A stretch of DNA of 64,000 bases, taken from Camelus dromedarius (taxonomy: Eukaryota). Shown in pieces: positions 38,750 to 51,780 of this stretch. A program made the translations under genes and the position numbers. Positions within the stretch are counted from its first letter, which is position 1. Every line of letters starts with the position of its first letter. The notes under the pieces were generated by a model. It did no database searches. It was not told where the DNA came from and worked only from the letters and a program-made list of their open reading frames with translations. Location: the NCBI RefSeq assembly GCF_036321535.1, contig NC_087437.1, positions 91,204,001 to 91,268,000 on the forward strand. The letters run 5' to 3'.

Positions 38750-39362
38750 ATCCAGTCACAAATTATGAACCTCATAACAGATGTTCACAACACCATCTGT
38801 AAAGTAGTCCTGCAAAAAATGAAACCTAAATCGAGAAAGTGTTAAGTACCACCATACAGCTGATGTATATAAAAACCAGACAGTAGAAAAAAATAATGTG
38901 ATTTTGAAAATAAATGGAAAAAAACAATATGATGAAGGCAGAACATATAGACTAAAATAGATGTAACTTTACAATCAATTACAAGGTAATTACTTTCTTG
39001 GATATTGATAAGTCAAACAGACTAGAAAGAAACACATTTGTGAGAAATTTGGGTAACTTTGAATACTGACTGCTTTTTAATATTAAAGAAATATTTTTTC
39101 TTTGTTTTGAAATGCTGATTTGGAGTTTTTTAAAAAAAGTCTTTATCTTTTAGAGAGACATCCTGGAATGTTTATGAATAATTATATCTAGAAATTACTT
39201 GAATAACTTAAAATGAGGAAAAAGAGTAGGGGTACAGACAAAATAATATTGTCTGTGAATTAATCAGTGAAACTGGGTGATGTATATGTGTGAGTTTATT
39301 GTCTCATTCTCTCAAAAATTTTATATATTTGGTAATTTTCATATTAAAAGGTTAAAAATAAA
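38750..39362 (+). mobile_element. Old L1 3'UTR (L1MC/ME-like)
   Basis: CTTTATCTTTTAGAGAGACATCCTGGAATGTTTATG..AACTGGGTGATGTATATGTG..AATTTTCATATTAAAAGGTTAAAA. Confidence 0.7.
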
Positions 39363-40762
39363 GAGCTCAACTAATTTATTTAATATTAAAATAAAAGAGA
39401 GAATGAATAGGAGGAGAGGTATCAAAGAAAGCAAGTGTCAGTGACTTCTAAGAAATTATTCTATATTTTTAAAAACAGTGAAACCTCAAGAGGGTTGTTG
39501 GAAGATGAGAGACAGAGCATCTTGCTTGTAAGCTGACAGAAATGATTCAGCAGAGTTGAAAAGCTGATGAATAGGGCAGAGAGAAGACGCTTGATGAACT
39601 AAAGTCCTTGGATAGGCAACAGTGACTTCTCAAATAGAATCTGGTAAACAGTGGAGTAGTTGTCTTTAGCCTAAATCACAAACTGTTCATCTTTAATATA
39701 AAGAGAGAAGGTGGATAATACGGGTGCATGTGCCGGGGAGCAAGTTATGTGGTAGCGGGAGTTTGAGCAAGTTCTCTTCTGCTTGAAAATGAAATAAGAA
39801 GCAAGGTCACCAGCTGAAAATTAAGTTAGCATAGGGGATGTTGCAGGTTTGAGAAGAAGGGAGAAATCTTAAAAGAGTCATCTAGAAGAGTGGAATAGGA
39901 ATAGGCAGTAGCTAGAGACATGTAGTGTGCATGCCCGGAAACATCAAAGGCTCTCTTGAGATTTATGGTCAGGAATTTGAGATGAAATCAGTTAGCATAA
40001 TTTTGAACCATTTTGTTCACGGGAATCAATATAGATCTATCGGCATCCAGTTTTTATACATGTAATTGGTTTTGTGGACTATAATGAGTCTTATTATTAG
40101 AAATATATATATTTCATCATCTTCTCTCCACAATTAATGGTTTTCTGTTGTTCTTAGGATAATCATGAGAAATAAGATCATACATAATCTTGTCTTTACC
40201 TAACTCTCTAGCCTTACTTTATCTTCTCCTTTGCCCAAGTAAGTTTGCCAACAATATGTGTAATTAAATGAATAAAGGGCATAATTAAATAATGGATAGT
40301 TAGTACCCAGCTGTTAGTCATTTAGATTGTATAAAGTAGTTTCCTAGACAAAATTTCTGGAAATACTATATATTTTAGGCAAGAGACCATAATTTATTTA
40401 TTTTTGTACTCCCTAGATCTAATAAGATGCCTGAATTAGGCATGTCAGAAGATTCCTAAGTGTTAAGTACTTAATAACTGTTTGAAAACATTTCATACAT
40501 CTTCTCAACATTTTTATACGTTACACTTATGTAGAGAAACTATCTTAAAACTTACTTTTTAAAATAAAACAATAAAATACTCATAAATTTTCTAGAGAGT
40601 TGGTCTTACTATAGATCTTAGCATATATGTGATCATAAAAATATAGAAAATATATAAATTAATTTAATTTTACCTTCATATATATTACAGGTATATGTCC
40701 ATATTTAACTAAAATCATCTATATGCCCACTGACTAGAACAGTCTTGGCACATAATAGTGTT

Positions 40763-41130
40763 TGTGGGGTGAAGAAATTTTTCCTCTGCCTTTTCAGGGT
40801 CCATGGCTGGGTCTGAAAATTAGACTGACAACAATTAATAGAACAAAAGCAAACAAATTTTATAAAATTGTTATACGCACATAGGAGACTTCATAGGAGA
40901 ATGAAGATCTGAAGAAGTGACCAGTGCAGGAAGTTTTTATACCTTTTAGACCAAAAAAAAAAAAAAAATGTATAAAGAATTGGCAATACAAAAGGATTTA
41001 GGCCAGGGCTAGCAAATGATGAAGAAGTAACTGAGAAGACAAAGGTTAGTTTAATAAGTTTTGTCTGTACAGAGTTATATAAAATGAAAATTCATAGTTT
41101 TATTATCCCTCTGATGGATAGAAATGGCAC
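40763..41130 (-). mobile_element. ERV1-class LTR fragment (MER34/LTR39-like)
   Basis: AAATTTTTCCTCTGCC..GGCTGGGTCTGAAAATTAGACTGACA..AGGAGAATGAAGATCTGAAGAAGTGACC..TTTTTATACCTTTTAGAC. Confidence 0.65.
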
Positions 41131-41139
41131 TCTGATAGG

Positions 41140-43600
41140 TCTGAAGGCTGGGAGCATATGGAGATGTGTGGTAGAGGAAATTAAGTGAAACTTGATTAAT
41201 AAATTGTACAGTTGCACTGTAGAAATTAGTCTGTGGTCACATAGACTACCTGAGTGAATAATTTGGGTGGATATTGTATGTGAATGGGTCATGTTTCCCT
41301 GACCTGAAATTTCCATAGACCAGTCTGGTTCTTCAAGCAGTTAATTGGTCAAACTAAACATTCGACTTGTCCCATCTCTCCTGTACAACAAACGTTAAGC
41401 AATACAGTATTCCTGGAGGGGAGTGAGCAATCACTATTATGATTAAGGGAGTGTTTGAAGGGGTATTTTTAATTCCCCTTGAAGTCCTTTTATCAGTCTT
41501 GTGTGGTCAGTATGCAAAACAGAAGGCTCTAGGAGGTTGGCAATAGACTAACAGAATTAAGCAAGGTGATTGATTCCTTTGGTTCATCTGTACTTCATAT
41601 GGGGTGGGCACCGTAGGAAGTACAATGAGCCAGGGGGGCGGCAGGTCACAGGCTAATGCCTTTATTCCCATTCAAATTTAGAGTCCATCTAGGCACAACA
41701 GTAAGGTTGCCAGATTTCACATATAAAATGTAGGAGCCCAGTTAAATGTGAACTTCAGATTTTTTTAAAGGCTTTTTTTTTTCAAAATATAAGTATGCCC
41801 TGGATATTGCATGGTACAAATAATGCATTTTATCTGGTGACTCTATGTGGCATTCTTCTAGATTGAAATTTAGTATACAGTTATTGTTTTGCTATAGTGA
41901 TATTTGAATTGCCATTATCTAGTGAGACAGGGTTTGGACCTGGTAACCATTTAAAGTATTTTAATGCACTACATGGATGACATAATTAGTTGCCTCCTCT
42001 GAGGAAGAAGCACAGGAAGAGTTAAGGACTGTAGTCACTACAAATAGAGACCAACTGATAAATCCAACTAAAATTGAAGTGTCAGTCCAGTCTGTGAAAT
42101 TCCCGGGAGTTCTGTACTCAAAGGCAGCCTGTGCAGCTGCTTTTCACAGCCCATTAAATAGACACTCACTACCTTGTTATGGGATGTTTGTGTAAACTGC
42201 CTTAACCATAAAAGAACATCAGATAATCTGGGAGCCAGAAATACTGATCATGAAAAGGGTGCTATAGATAAGACAGATATTCAAATATAGAAGGAGAAGC
42301 CCAGCAAAGATTACTCGTAAGATGGAAATGTATTCTTAGGCATACTAACCAGGGAGAGTTCAAAGGAATCCACCTTGTTCAGGAGAAGATTAATTCACTG
42401 CCTGTAAGACTGAGTATATAGCACTCCAAGGACTTTCCTGCCCTCATTGGTACACAGGCTGAACAATATCATTCTCCTTAACTGAGGCAAAACAGACTTC
42501 CAGGTTCCCAACTGAGGGTTTCATTGTTGATTGGAAATCATCTGCAATATACCCTGCAGATGGTAAAATCTTAGTGACAGAAGGTCAGAGCTGAGAGTTG
42601 TTTATTTCCTGGTAGAAGAGAAATTAGGCTTGGGTGCTTAGGGCACTGTTTGAATATTTACAGACTGTTGGGCATTAGCTAATGGCCTTGCAATATGGAC
42701 AGGCAAACAGAATCCTAGATGGCTAGACAATAAAAACACCATTCTATGGGATTCTCACTAATGGAAGCTTCTGTAGGAATATACAGAAAGAATGAAAGTG
42801 GTTCATGTAGACAGCCTTGTGTGTGTGTGGTTGTGTGTATATGGTTGTGTGTGTTCGTGTGCACACAACCAACACACACACAACACAACAGACAAATGAT
42901 CAAAAACAGAAATCAGTTGCCATCTCAGAAAGGGATGAGAATGCTAAGGGAGATGTCTTTGTCAGGCCTCCAAGGCTTTCTCCCTAGGTATATGAAATGT
43001 TCAGAAATTCAGATACTCACACCATGCACTGATGGACAGAGAAAACACACATTATCCCGACATCCTATGAAACTGCTATGAGGAAAAGAAATTATACCAT
43101 TTTCAGTGGGAGAGAAATTTGAAAATAGCTTGAGGAGTAACTCCGCAGAGTCAAGAGTTCTACCATATCTAACAGGTGGATTATATTGGCCCTATACCAG
43201 TAGCCCCATGGACCTATGGCAATAGTCTCTGAATATTGTTATTAACTGGGATTGACACATATTCTACTTTATGCTTTACTTATCTTGTAACAGAAGTAAA
43301 AGTTTGAGAGAGCAAATTTTCTATCAATTCAGACTACCTGAACATATTTCTTCTAATCATATTTGTACATGTCATTGCTACTAATGTACCAAAATACAAC
43401 AAAAAAGGAAAGGGAACAGTATAGAGAACCATATTCCTACCACACCCTCAGAGCACTGATCTCATTTAAAATTAAAGTGAGTGACTGAAGCACCTGTTAC
43501 TCAAAATGTTTGATCAAAACTTTTAAAAGTATGGATTAGTTATTTAAATGATTGTGTTCTCATGTCACATGTGAAAGTAAGTAAGCTGGGGCCTTTACTG
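41140..43600 (+). mobile_element. Class III (ERVL-like) endogenous retrovirus pol remnant: RT, RNase H, integrase
   Basis: Decayed motifs in order: KQYSIPGG (~41397), SPFISLVWSVCKTEGSRRLAID, HYMDDI (41967-41984), INPTKI..VKFPGV, AQQRLLVRWK, IFTDCWALANGLAIW (~42655), QVDYIGP..LTGIDTYS (~43172), HPQS. Confidence 0.9.
41702..41845 (+). mobile_element. hAT MITE (MER53-like, internally deleted) inserted in the ERVL RT
   Basis: TIRs TAAGGTTGCCAGAT / ATCTGGTGACTCTA; internal GCCCAGTTAAATGTGAACTTCAGAT..TATAAGTATGCCCTGGATATTGCATGG. Confidence 0.8.
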
Positions 43601-45412
43601 AAAGATTTCAAAGACCAAACATGAGAATGAAGAATGGAGGAGGATGAAAGCACAGAACTTTCTATCTTTCCCACCTCAACATTTTTTTCTTTGATTTTGA
43701 TTTTTGTAGTCTCAGGCCCTGGTGGACTTGTGTATATCCCAGAGTTGATATAAATGCACAAGACATGCTACTTTGCCATTCCATTTGACAGCTCCTATTC
43801 CTAAATGTACTGCAGAATGTATCATCAATTCACCCCATGTAGCCAAATTGTGTGACTGCAACTCCATCACTGTCAACAGAGACAGTTCTATGACTTTTTT
43901 TTAACCAGACATACCAGTTGGCATCCATCTCAAGTGGGTCAGTTTTTCATAGTTTCTGCCCTATTGTAAATAGTACAGCTGAACCAAGAGAAAGCCTGAG
44001 TAAGGAGAGTGGTGTGGATCAAAGAGATGATACATGGGAACAGAGGAGTATTGCAAAAAGGAGTAATGCCTATAAGTGGGTCAGAGTGCTAGGAATGAAG
44101 TCAATCATACCATTTTCTTGAAGGTATCTCAGACCTAGAGAATAATCCTGTCCACTATTTCTTTCAGATCTGGTACTGATGTTGGGAGAAAACCCTTATA
44201 GAAACCTATGAAATTTTCACAGAAGGATAATTAGATTTCTCCTGATTCATGAGGTCTGCCTAAATACTACCCTTGGATAATCTGGGGGAATAAAATGATG
44301 TTTTGTGTCCTAGTGACTCAACTTCAGGGTAGCCAGAAACAGTTAACCATCAGATTGTGCTTTACAGGGTTTATCACCATTGTGACTAATTTTCAGATAA
44401 CTTGATGCTGGGTGGAGAATTCTGACTAGCAGAGCTTCTGCATCCTTTGGAGACACAATCCATGATGATACCTTAATATGATGAGAAAAAAGATTACTGC
44501 CATGTGACTAATATCACAGCTTAGTTTACTCCTCTGATTATACTAAATGTGAATTTAGATAGAAACTATTTAAGGAGAGTGGAAATTAAATTAAGATGGC
44601 ATTAAGAGATAAGAATTTGTATATTATTTGGTTGCTGTATATTACCAAAATCACCGCTATTAAGGTTGACAAAGAAAGTTTATAGGAAGTTTATATGGGA
44701 ATTGTATTTGATGGCAGAAGATATAGTATAATGGGCTCATGGGACACACAATATTTTTGGGTGCATAAATACCAGTAATATGTAATGACAACATGTGTGA
44801 TGGCTTGATCAACCCTGACCCTGCTATGCGTGCTATGCTATGCTCTGAAAGGATTTTAGGAGCTGCTCTGAGGGTCTGAATCAATCTAAAATAACATTCT
44901 GAGAGGCTCTTCATAATCATGAAATAGACTTGCAGATCCAAATAAAGATCCTAGCAGGAATTCTCTCCCAAGAAACCCTGGAGGCATTAAACTTTAGAGG
45001 AAAATTAAGTCATAGGTAATTGAACTAATAAAATAATTGTTCTAAGGTAACAATGCTGAGATGACATGGAATCTCACCCAAGAAAGACTGCTGGATATTT
45101 TAGTCATCATGGAATCTGATGTATGTTAAGATCAGTGGCCAGGATCTCTAGAAGGCCAAGTTAGGTAGGTACATCTGTGGGTACCTTATTCATCAGAAGC
45201 TTATGGTGTATGTTATGATCAGGCCCCACTTGGCTGATGATTTGATGCCATTTTTAACATCTAGAGATGGTACATAAAAGGCAACTTTTCTTCTTTGTGT
45301 TGTGACTCATCTGGGACAGGATAGATAGAAGAACACTTCAATGGGAAGTAGATAGGCTATATTACATGATGATATCTGGAAGCTAATATATTAATAATCT
45401 GTTGCTATGTAA

Positions 45413-45907
45413 TGACCAAGATAGCCTTCATGTTCCCTTCAATTTTACCAAACTTTAGACAGGTTTCTTACTGCCTAGAGGCCTTTGACGGCCTCCCTTT
45501 TCTTAGAGCACTTACTTTAGAAAAGTTGGCAATTGAAAATTCTTTCTTTACCCTTTAAGTATAAATCTTCTACACCCAGGAATGTCTTTTTCAAAGACCT
45601 GAGAGCCATCCCTTTGAAATGTAATCATTAAGAAAGATAGCACCTCTATTACCTAGTCTCTGTTGAAGGTAGGAGCCTCACTTCCATAAATGCCAGTCAG
45701 CAAACATATGGCAGATGGCCTTATCACCTTGATCAACCTTCCTCCTAATGTTTTTCCATGCTTTTCCATCAGCTAACTCTGGAGTTTAAATAACTTCTTG
45801 TCTCTTATTTCAGCAGAATTGAGTTCAGTCTCTTTCTTCTATTGCAGTAGTCTTGAATAAGATCTTCCTTATTTTTAACAGATGTCTTTTACAATTGCTC
45901 TTTGACA
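45413..45907 (+). mobile_element. ERV1-class solo LTR (MER67/MER31-like) with 4-bp TSD, inside an MLT1 fragment
   Basis: TG...CA termini (TGACCAAG..TTTGACA) flanked by GTAA at 45409-45412 and 45908-45911; internal GAGCCATCCCTTTGAAATGTAATCA. Confidence 0.85.
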
Positions 45908-46089
45908 GTAACAGTATTACTGTAAACTCAGTGACTTGAAACACCACGTATTTGCTATAAGAATAGACATGAGGGTACTATCTATATGGGAATTTAAGTG
46001 AGAGCACTAATTAGCTAGTTTTCCTTTGAGCTACTGAAATATACTACTAGTCATTTGTTGATAGGGTATCTAGCTTCTTTGACTAATGT

Positions 46090-46328
46090 AACCATCTAAC
46101 TCTCTTATCTCTCTCTCTTGCCTTACATTGTTTTGCTTTACTTCATCCACAGACCACCGTCTGTAATGTTATGTATTTATTTATGCATTTTCCTATCTTC
46201 ATCCAATAAAATGTAAGCTCCATGAGTGGTAGGACTTTGAATTTTGTATATTCATGCATCCTCAGCAACTAGAACAATATTAGGTATGTCATATATCCTC
46301 AATATATTTTGATTAAATGAATGAATGA
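46090..46328 (+). mobile_element. L2 3' end
   Basis: AATGTAAGCTCCATGAG..CTAGAACAATATTAGGTA..CTCAATATATTTTGATTAAATGAATGAATGA. Confidence 0.8.
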
Positions 46329-47138
46329 TTATTATCATGCTAGGATGTTTCATTGCTGATTCTTTCAAAAAATATATATAAATAAAATCCTTTAAAGTCT
46401 GTATTTATTTTGTAACTGTTAACATTAGGTTTTTTCACTGTTGAGAAATCTGGAGGAAATCAAATTTGATCTTCTACTTTATAAATCTCTGGGAAAAAAA
46501 ATCTGTCTTCTCAGTGTCTGCTAAAAGAGGAACAGCTAAAATGTATTTGCATAGAATTGCAAGTTTAATGTTCCCTGGGAGCATTCAGTTCTAGAGCTTT
46601 CAATCATTTCCTCATCCTTGCTCTAAAATGCCTGAGTCTTTTTAGGCATTTGGTAATTTCTGAAACATTTTTCTCCATCTGAAAATTCTTACATGGATAG
46701 AGTGCTTTTCTTCATGATCTTTAAAAATCAATTTTACTTTTTTTACTTTAGCTTTATAGTTTTATCTATTTCAGTGAATGATGGTTGATTCTTCCCATTA
46801 AAGCCTTCTGAAAGCTAAAAACCTTCTAGTTCAAAGCCCTGGATAATAATTTGACAATATTTTTTAAGTCTGCCAAAATTCTTGAAATACTAGGATGCTC
46901 TAGTATTGAGTTACTTTTTCATTTTGCCGACTCTTACTACTTCTACATATACCCAGAGTTTCTTGAATTTTAGTTGAACATTTCTTGTAATAGAACAATC
47001 TTCTCAGATGTGTGAATGTGTGTGTGTGTGTGTGTATGTGTTTGTGTAAGGTTACAGGAAATCAGATCAACTAAGAGATGCAAAGACAAAAACCCCTTTG
47101 GGGTTAAAAAATCTAAAAGATAAGATGAATAGAAATCA

Positions 47139-50100
47139 GACTCCAGACCAAGATGGCGACATAGGAGGTTCTTCAGTTTCTCTCTTCCTCCAAGACATAC
47201 TGAACATACAGCTACACACAAAGCAGTTCCTTCTAAGAAAAACCCAGAAATCAGCTGAGTGATACCTGCACATTGCATGAGTAAGAAACCACCCACATCA
47301 AAATCAATAGAAAGGTTGAGACAAACTTTTGCCATAAACCCACCACCAGCATAGGACCATAAAATAGGAAGGGAACCCCCAACTCACAGATTTTCCTGAG
47401 GAGCAAATGGTTTGGACTGCACATCTGGTGCCCCAACTTTTAAGGCTCCACCTGAGGGATAGGTTCCCTAAATCACCTGGCTCTGAAAGCTAATGGGGCT
47501 TGCATTCATGAGTCCCACAGGAATATCACAAACAGGTAGTCGTTAATGGGCACAGATAAAGCTCTCCTTCCAGGGCTCAAAGCAGAAGGAACAGGCAAAA
47601 ATGCCCATATCTCAGTATTTCCTGAAAGAGATTTGACCTTTCAATTAACATGCATCGAGGTGCTGGCTGTAATTCTCCCTAGATCCCAGGGGTGCTGATG
47701 AGTGCTTCCATCACCTTCTCCTCCAGTTCACTCCAACAATAAAACTGAGTCATCAGCATCTCCCTAGAAAGAACTTGTACACATGTCTTGTACACCCCAA
47801 CTTTTATAGCTGCTATCTGAGGTATGGGCCCCCAAATGCCTGCTGTGATGCCCAAAAGAACTTGCGTTCGTGAGTCCCACAGGATTGTAGCAGACAAACA
47901 AGTAGTTGTTAAATAGGTGCAAACATAAGCACTCTCCAACACTGTACTCTTAGGGCCCAGTGCAGAGAGGACAGACAAACATGCCCATATCCCAGTCTTT
48001 TCATGGAAGGGGTCTGACTGCATACTTCACAAACAAGTCTGAATAAATTTAAGAAGACTGAAATCATACGAAGCATCTTTTTGAAACAGATGATAGGAAA
48101 CTAGAAATTAATTACAAAAAGAAAACCAGAAAATTCACAAATAATGTGGAGTTTAAACAACATGCTTCTGAATAACCAGTATGTCAAGGGAGAAATCAAA
48201 AGGGAGATTAAAAAAATCTCAAAGCAAATGGAAATTGAAACATAACATACCAAAACTTATGAGATGCAGGAAAAGTAATTCTATCAGGAAAGTTTATAGC
48301 AAAAAATATCTATATTAAGGGAAAAAAAAAAACCCTCAAATAACCTAACTTTACACCTCAAGGAACGAGAAAAAGAACAAACTAAGCTCAAAGTTTGTAG
48401 AAGAAAGGACATAAAAAGCAGAACAGAAATAAATAGAGCCTGAAAAGACAACAGAAAAGACCAATGAAACTAGGAGCTTTTTTTTTTTTTAACATCAAAC
48501 TTGGAGCTAGACTAAGAAAAGAAGAGAGGAGACTCTAATAAATAAAATTAAAAATGAAGAGGAGACTTTACAACTGAAAACACAGAAATAGGAAGGATCA
48601 TAAGAACCTGGTATGAACAAATATTAGATACCTAGAAGAAATAAATGCATTCCTAGAAACATACAACCCACTTAGACTAAATCTTGAAAACATAGAAAAC
48701 CAGAACAGACAAATTACTGGTGAGGAACTTGAATTGGTAATCAAAAAACCATTTAGCAAGTAAAAGTTCATGACCAGATGGCTTCACTGGTGAAACTCTA
48801 CCAAACATTTAAATAAGAATTAATACCAATCCTTCTCAAATTCTTCTAAAAGGTAAAAGAGGGGAGTATACCCATTTTATGAGGCCTGTATTATTCTGAT
48901 ACCAAAACTAAGCAAGAGCAATGCAAGAAAAGAAAATTACATGCCAAATCCTTAATGAACATAGATGTAAAAGTCCTCAACAAAATATTAGCCAACTGAA
49001 TTCAAGAGCACATTAAAAGGATTATACACCATTTTCAAGTGGGATTTATTCCAGGGATGCAAGGATGTTTCAGCGTCTGCAGGTCAGTAACCACATTATG
49101 ATACACCACACTAACAGAATGCAGGATAAAAACCATGATCATCTCAATAGATGTAGAAAATGCATTTGGCAGATTTCAACATCTTTTCATAATAAATACT
49201 TTCAATGAACTGGGTATAGTGGGGACATACCTCAACATAAAAGGCCGTATATGACAGTCCCTCAACTAACATCATACTCAAGGATGAAAAGCTGAAAGCT
49301 TTCCCTTTGAGATCAGGGATAAGACCAAGATTACCACTCTTGCCACTTTTTTCTAGCATAGTACTGGAGGTACTAGCCAGAGCAATTAGCCAAGAAAAAG
49401 AAATAAAAACATCTAAATAAGAAACAGGAAGTAAAATTGTCTCTGCTCATGATTAACTAAAATACACAGAAAACCCTAAAGACTCCACGAAAAACTGTTA
49501 GAACTTATAACAAATTAAATAAAGTTGCAGGATACAAGATTAACATGCAAAAGTCAATAGTGTTTCTGTACACTAACAACAAACTATCAGAAAGAGAAAT
49601 CAAGAAAACAATCACATTTACAATAGGGTCGAAGAGAAAAGTAATCAGGAATAAATTTAACCAAGGAGATAAAAGATCTGTGCACTGAAAACTGTCAAAC
49701 ATTGATGAAATTGAAAGCACAAATGTAAAGGTATTCATGTTCATGGATTGGAAGAATTAATATTGTTAAAAGTTCATATTACCCAGAGCAATCTAAAGAT
49801 TCAATGTTATCCCTATCAAAATTCCAATGGCATTTTTTACAAAAATAGAAAAAAAATGATCCTCAAATTCACACAAAACAACAAAGGACCATGAATATCC
49901 AAATGAATCTTGAGGACAAAACTGGAGCCATTACACTTCTTGATTTCAAACTATATTGCAAAACTGTAGTAATCAAAACTATACTATTAGCATGAAACAT
50001 ACACATAGAACAATACAAAGCTCAGAAATAAACCCATGCATGTATGGTCATTTAATTTTTGATTAAGGAACCAAGTATATACAATTGGGAATGGGAAGTA

Positions 50101-50985
50101 CGGTCAATAAATGGTGTTGGAAAAAACTGGATATTCACATGTCAGAGAATGAAACTGGATCCTTATCTTACACCATACACAGAAAACAACTCAAAATTGA
50201 TTAAAGACTTGAATGTGAGACCTGAAACTGTGAAACTCCTAGGAGAAAATATAGGTGTTAAGTTTTTTAACATTAACTTTTGCAATACGTTTTTGTATTA
50301 GACATCAAAAACACAGGTGACAAAAGCAAAAATAAATAGGCGGCACTACATTAAACTAAAAATCTTCTGCACAGCATGAGAAACAATCACCAGAATGAAA
50401 AGGCAGCCTATGGGATGGGAGAAAATATTTGTAAACCATATAACCTCTAAGGGGTTAATATCCAAAATATACAAGGAACTCATCCAACTCAATAGCAAAA
50501 TATACAAATAACTCAGTTAAAAATGGTCAAAGAACATAAATAGACACTTTTCTAAGGAAGGTGTGCATATGGTCCATAGGTACATGAAAAGGTGCTCAAC
50601 ATCCTAATCAGGGAAATGCAAATCAAAACTACAATGAGGTATCACCTCATAGCCATTAGAATGGCTATAATTTAAAAAATCAAAAGATAACATGTTGCTG
50701 AGGATTTGAGAAAAGGGAACCCTTGTACACTGCTGGTAGGAATGTAAATTGATGCAATCACTAGGGAAATCAGCATGGAGGTTCATCAAAAAGTTATAAA
50801 AAGAACTAACATATTATCCAGCAATTCTACTTCTGGATGTATATATATATATCCAAAGGAAATAAACCACTAACTCTAAGAGATATCTGTACTCCCATTG
50901 TCATTGGCACATTACTGACAATAGCCATAATGGAAACAACATGAATGTCTATTGATGGATGAATAGATAAAGAAAAGGTAATATG

Positions 50986-51024
<39 letters not shown>

Positions 51025-51558
51025 TTATGTATATATATGTATGTAAGCATATATATGAATATTTCTCAGGTTTAGGCTTAAAAAAAATCCTGCTATTTGC
51101 CACAGCATGGATAAACTGGATGACATTAAGCTAAGTGAAAAAAGCCAAAGACAAATACTGCACGATATCACTTATATAAGAAACTTTAAAAAAAAATGTT
51201 ATACTCTTAGAAACAGAGAGTAGTATGGTGGTTGCCAGGGACTTGGTTGCTGGGGAAATTGGGAGAGGTTGGTAAAAGGGCACAAACTTTCAGTTATAAG
51301 GTGAATAAAGTCTAAGTATTGAATGCATAGCTTGGAGACTATAATAGATAGTATTGAATTACATAACTGAAATTTGCTAAGAGAGTAAAACTTAAGTGTT
51401 CTCATCAAAAGAAAAAAGGTAAACATGTGAGATGATGGATATTTTAATTAACTCAGTGGTGGGAACCCTTTCATAGTGTGTATGTACGTGAAATCATGTT
51501 GTATACTTTAGATTTATTATAATTTTATTTGTCAATTATACCTCAAAAAGTCTGAAAG
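47139..51558 (+). mobile_element. L1MA8/9-like LINE: 5'UTR joined directly to ORF2, then 3'UTR; ORF1 and most of the endonuclease domain absent
   Basis: 5' CAAGATGGCGACATAGGAGG; ORF2 motifs from ~48030 ([41 protein letters not shown]); 3'UTR AAACTTTCAGTTATAAG..TTTGCTAAGAGAGTA..TGTCAATTATACCTCAA. Confidence 0.92.
50986..51060. repeat. Compound (CT)n(AT)n microsatellite
   Basis: Direct inspection. Confidence 0.95.
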
Positions 51559-51584
51559 TATGCATTCACCATAAATTACATTGT

Positions 51585-51780
51585 TGGTATAAACTATCTG
51601 GGCAAACTGGCACACTGTGGTTCCAGGCTTCATGCATGCTTAAATGTGGTCATCAGACAGAACATTCCAGGATCTTAGTTTCCAGGAGACAACCAATGAC
51701 CAGTCCAGAAAATAGGCCTTTCTTTGGAAAATGTGCAGGTTTGAGCAACCCAGATCTTTTGATCCACCCTTTCCTGACTA
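51585..51780 (-). mobile_element. ERVL-class LTR fragment (MER68/MER77-like)
   Basis: CCAGTCCAGAAAATAGGCCTTTCTTTGGAAAATGTGCAGGTTTGAGCAACCCAG. Confidence 0.65.

Larger units (their letters stand above)
36430..40010 (-). mobile_element. Long L2 element split by several L1 insertions
   Basis: Collinear L2 pieces at ~36430-36935, 37160-37310, 38200-38700 and 39390-40010 (e.g. GAGCAGAAAAGTCACATGATCTGA, TCAACAACTGTGTCAAATTTTGC). Confidence 0.7.
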
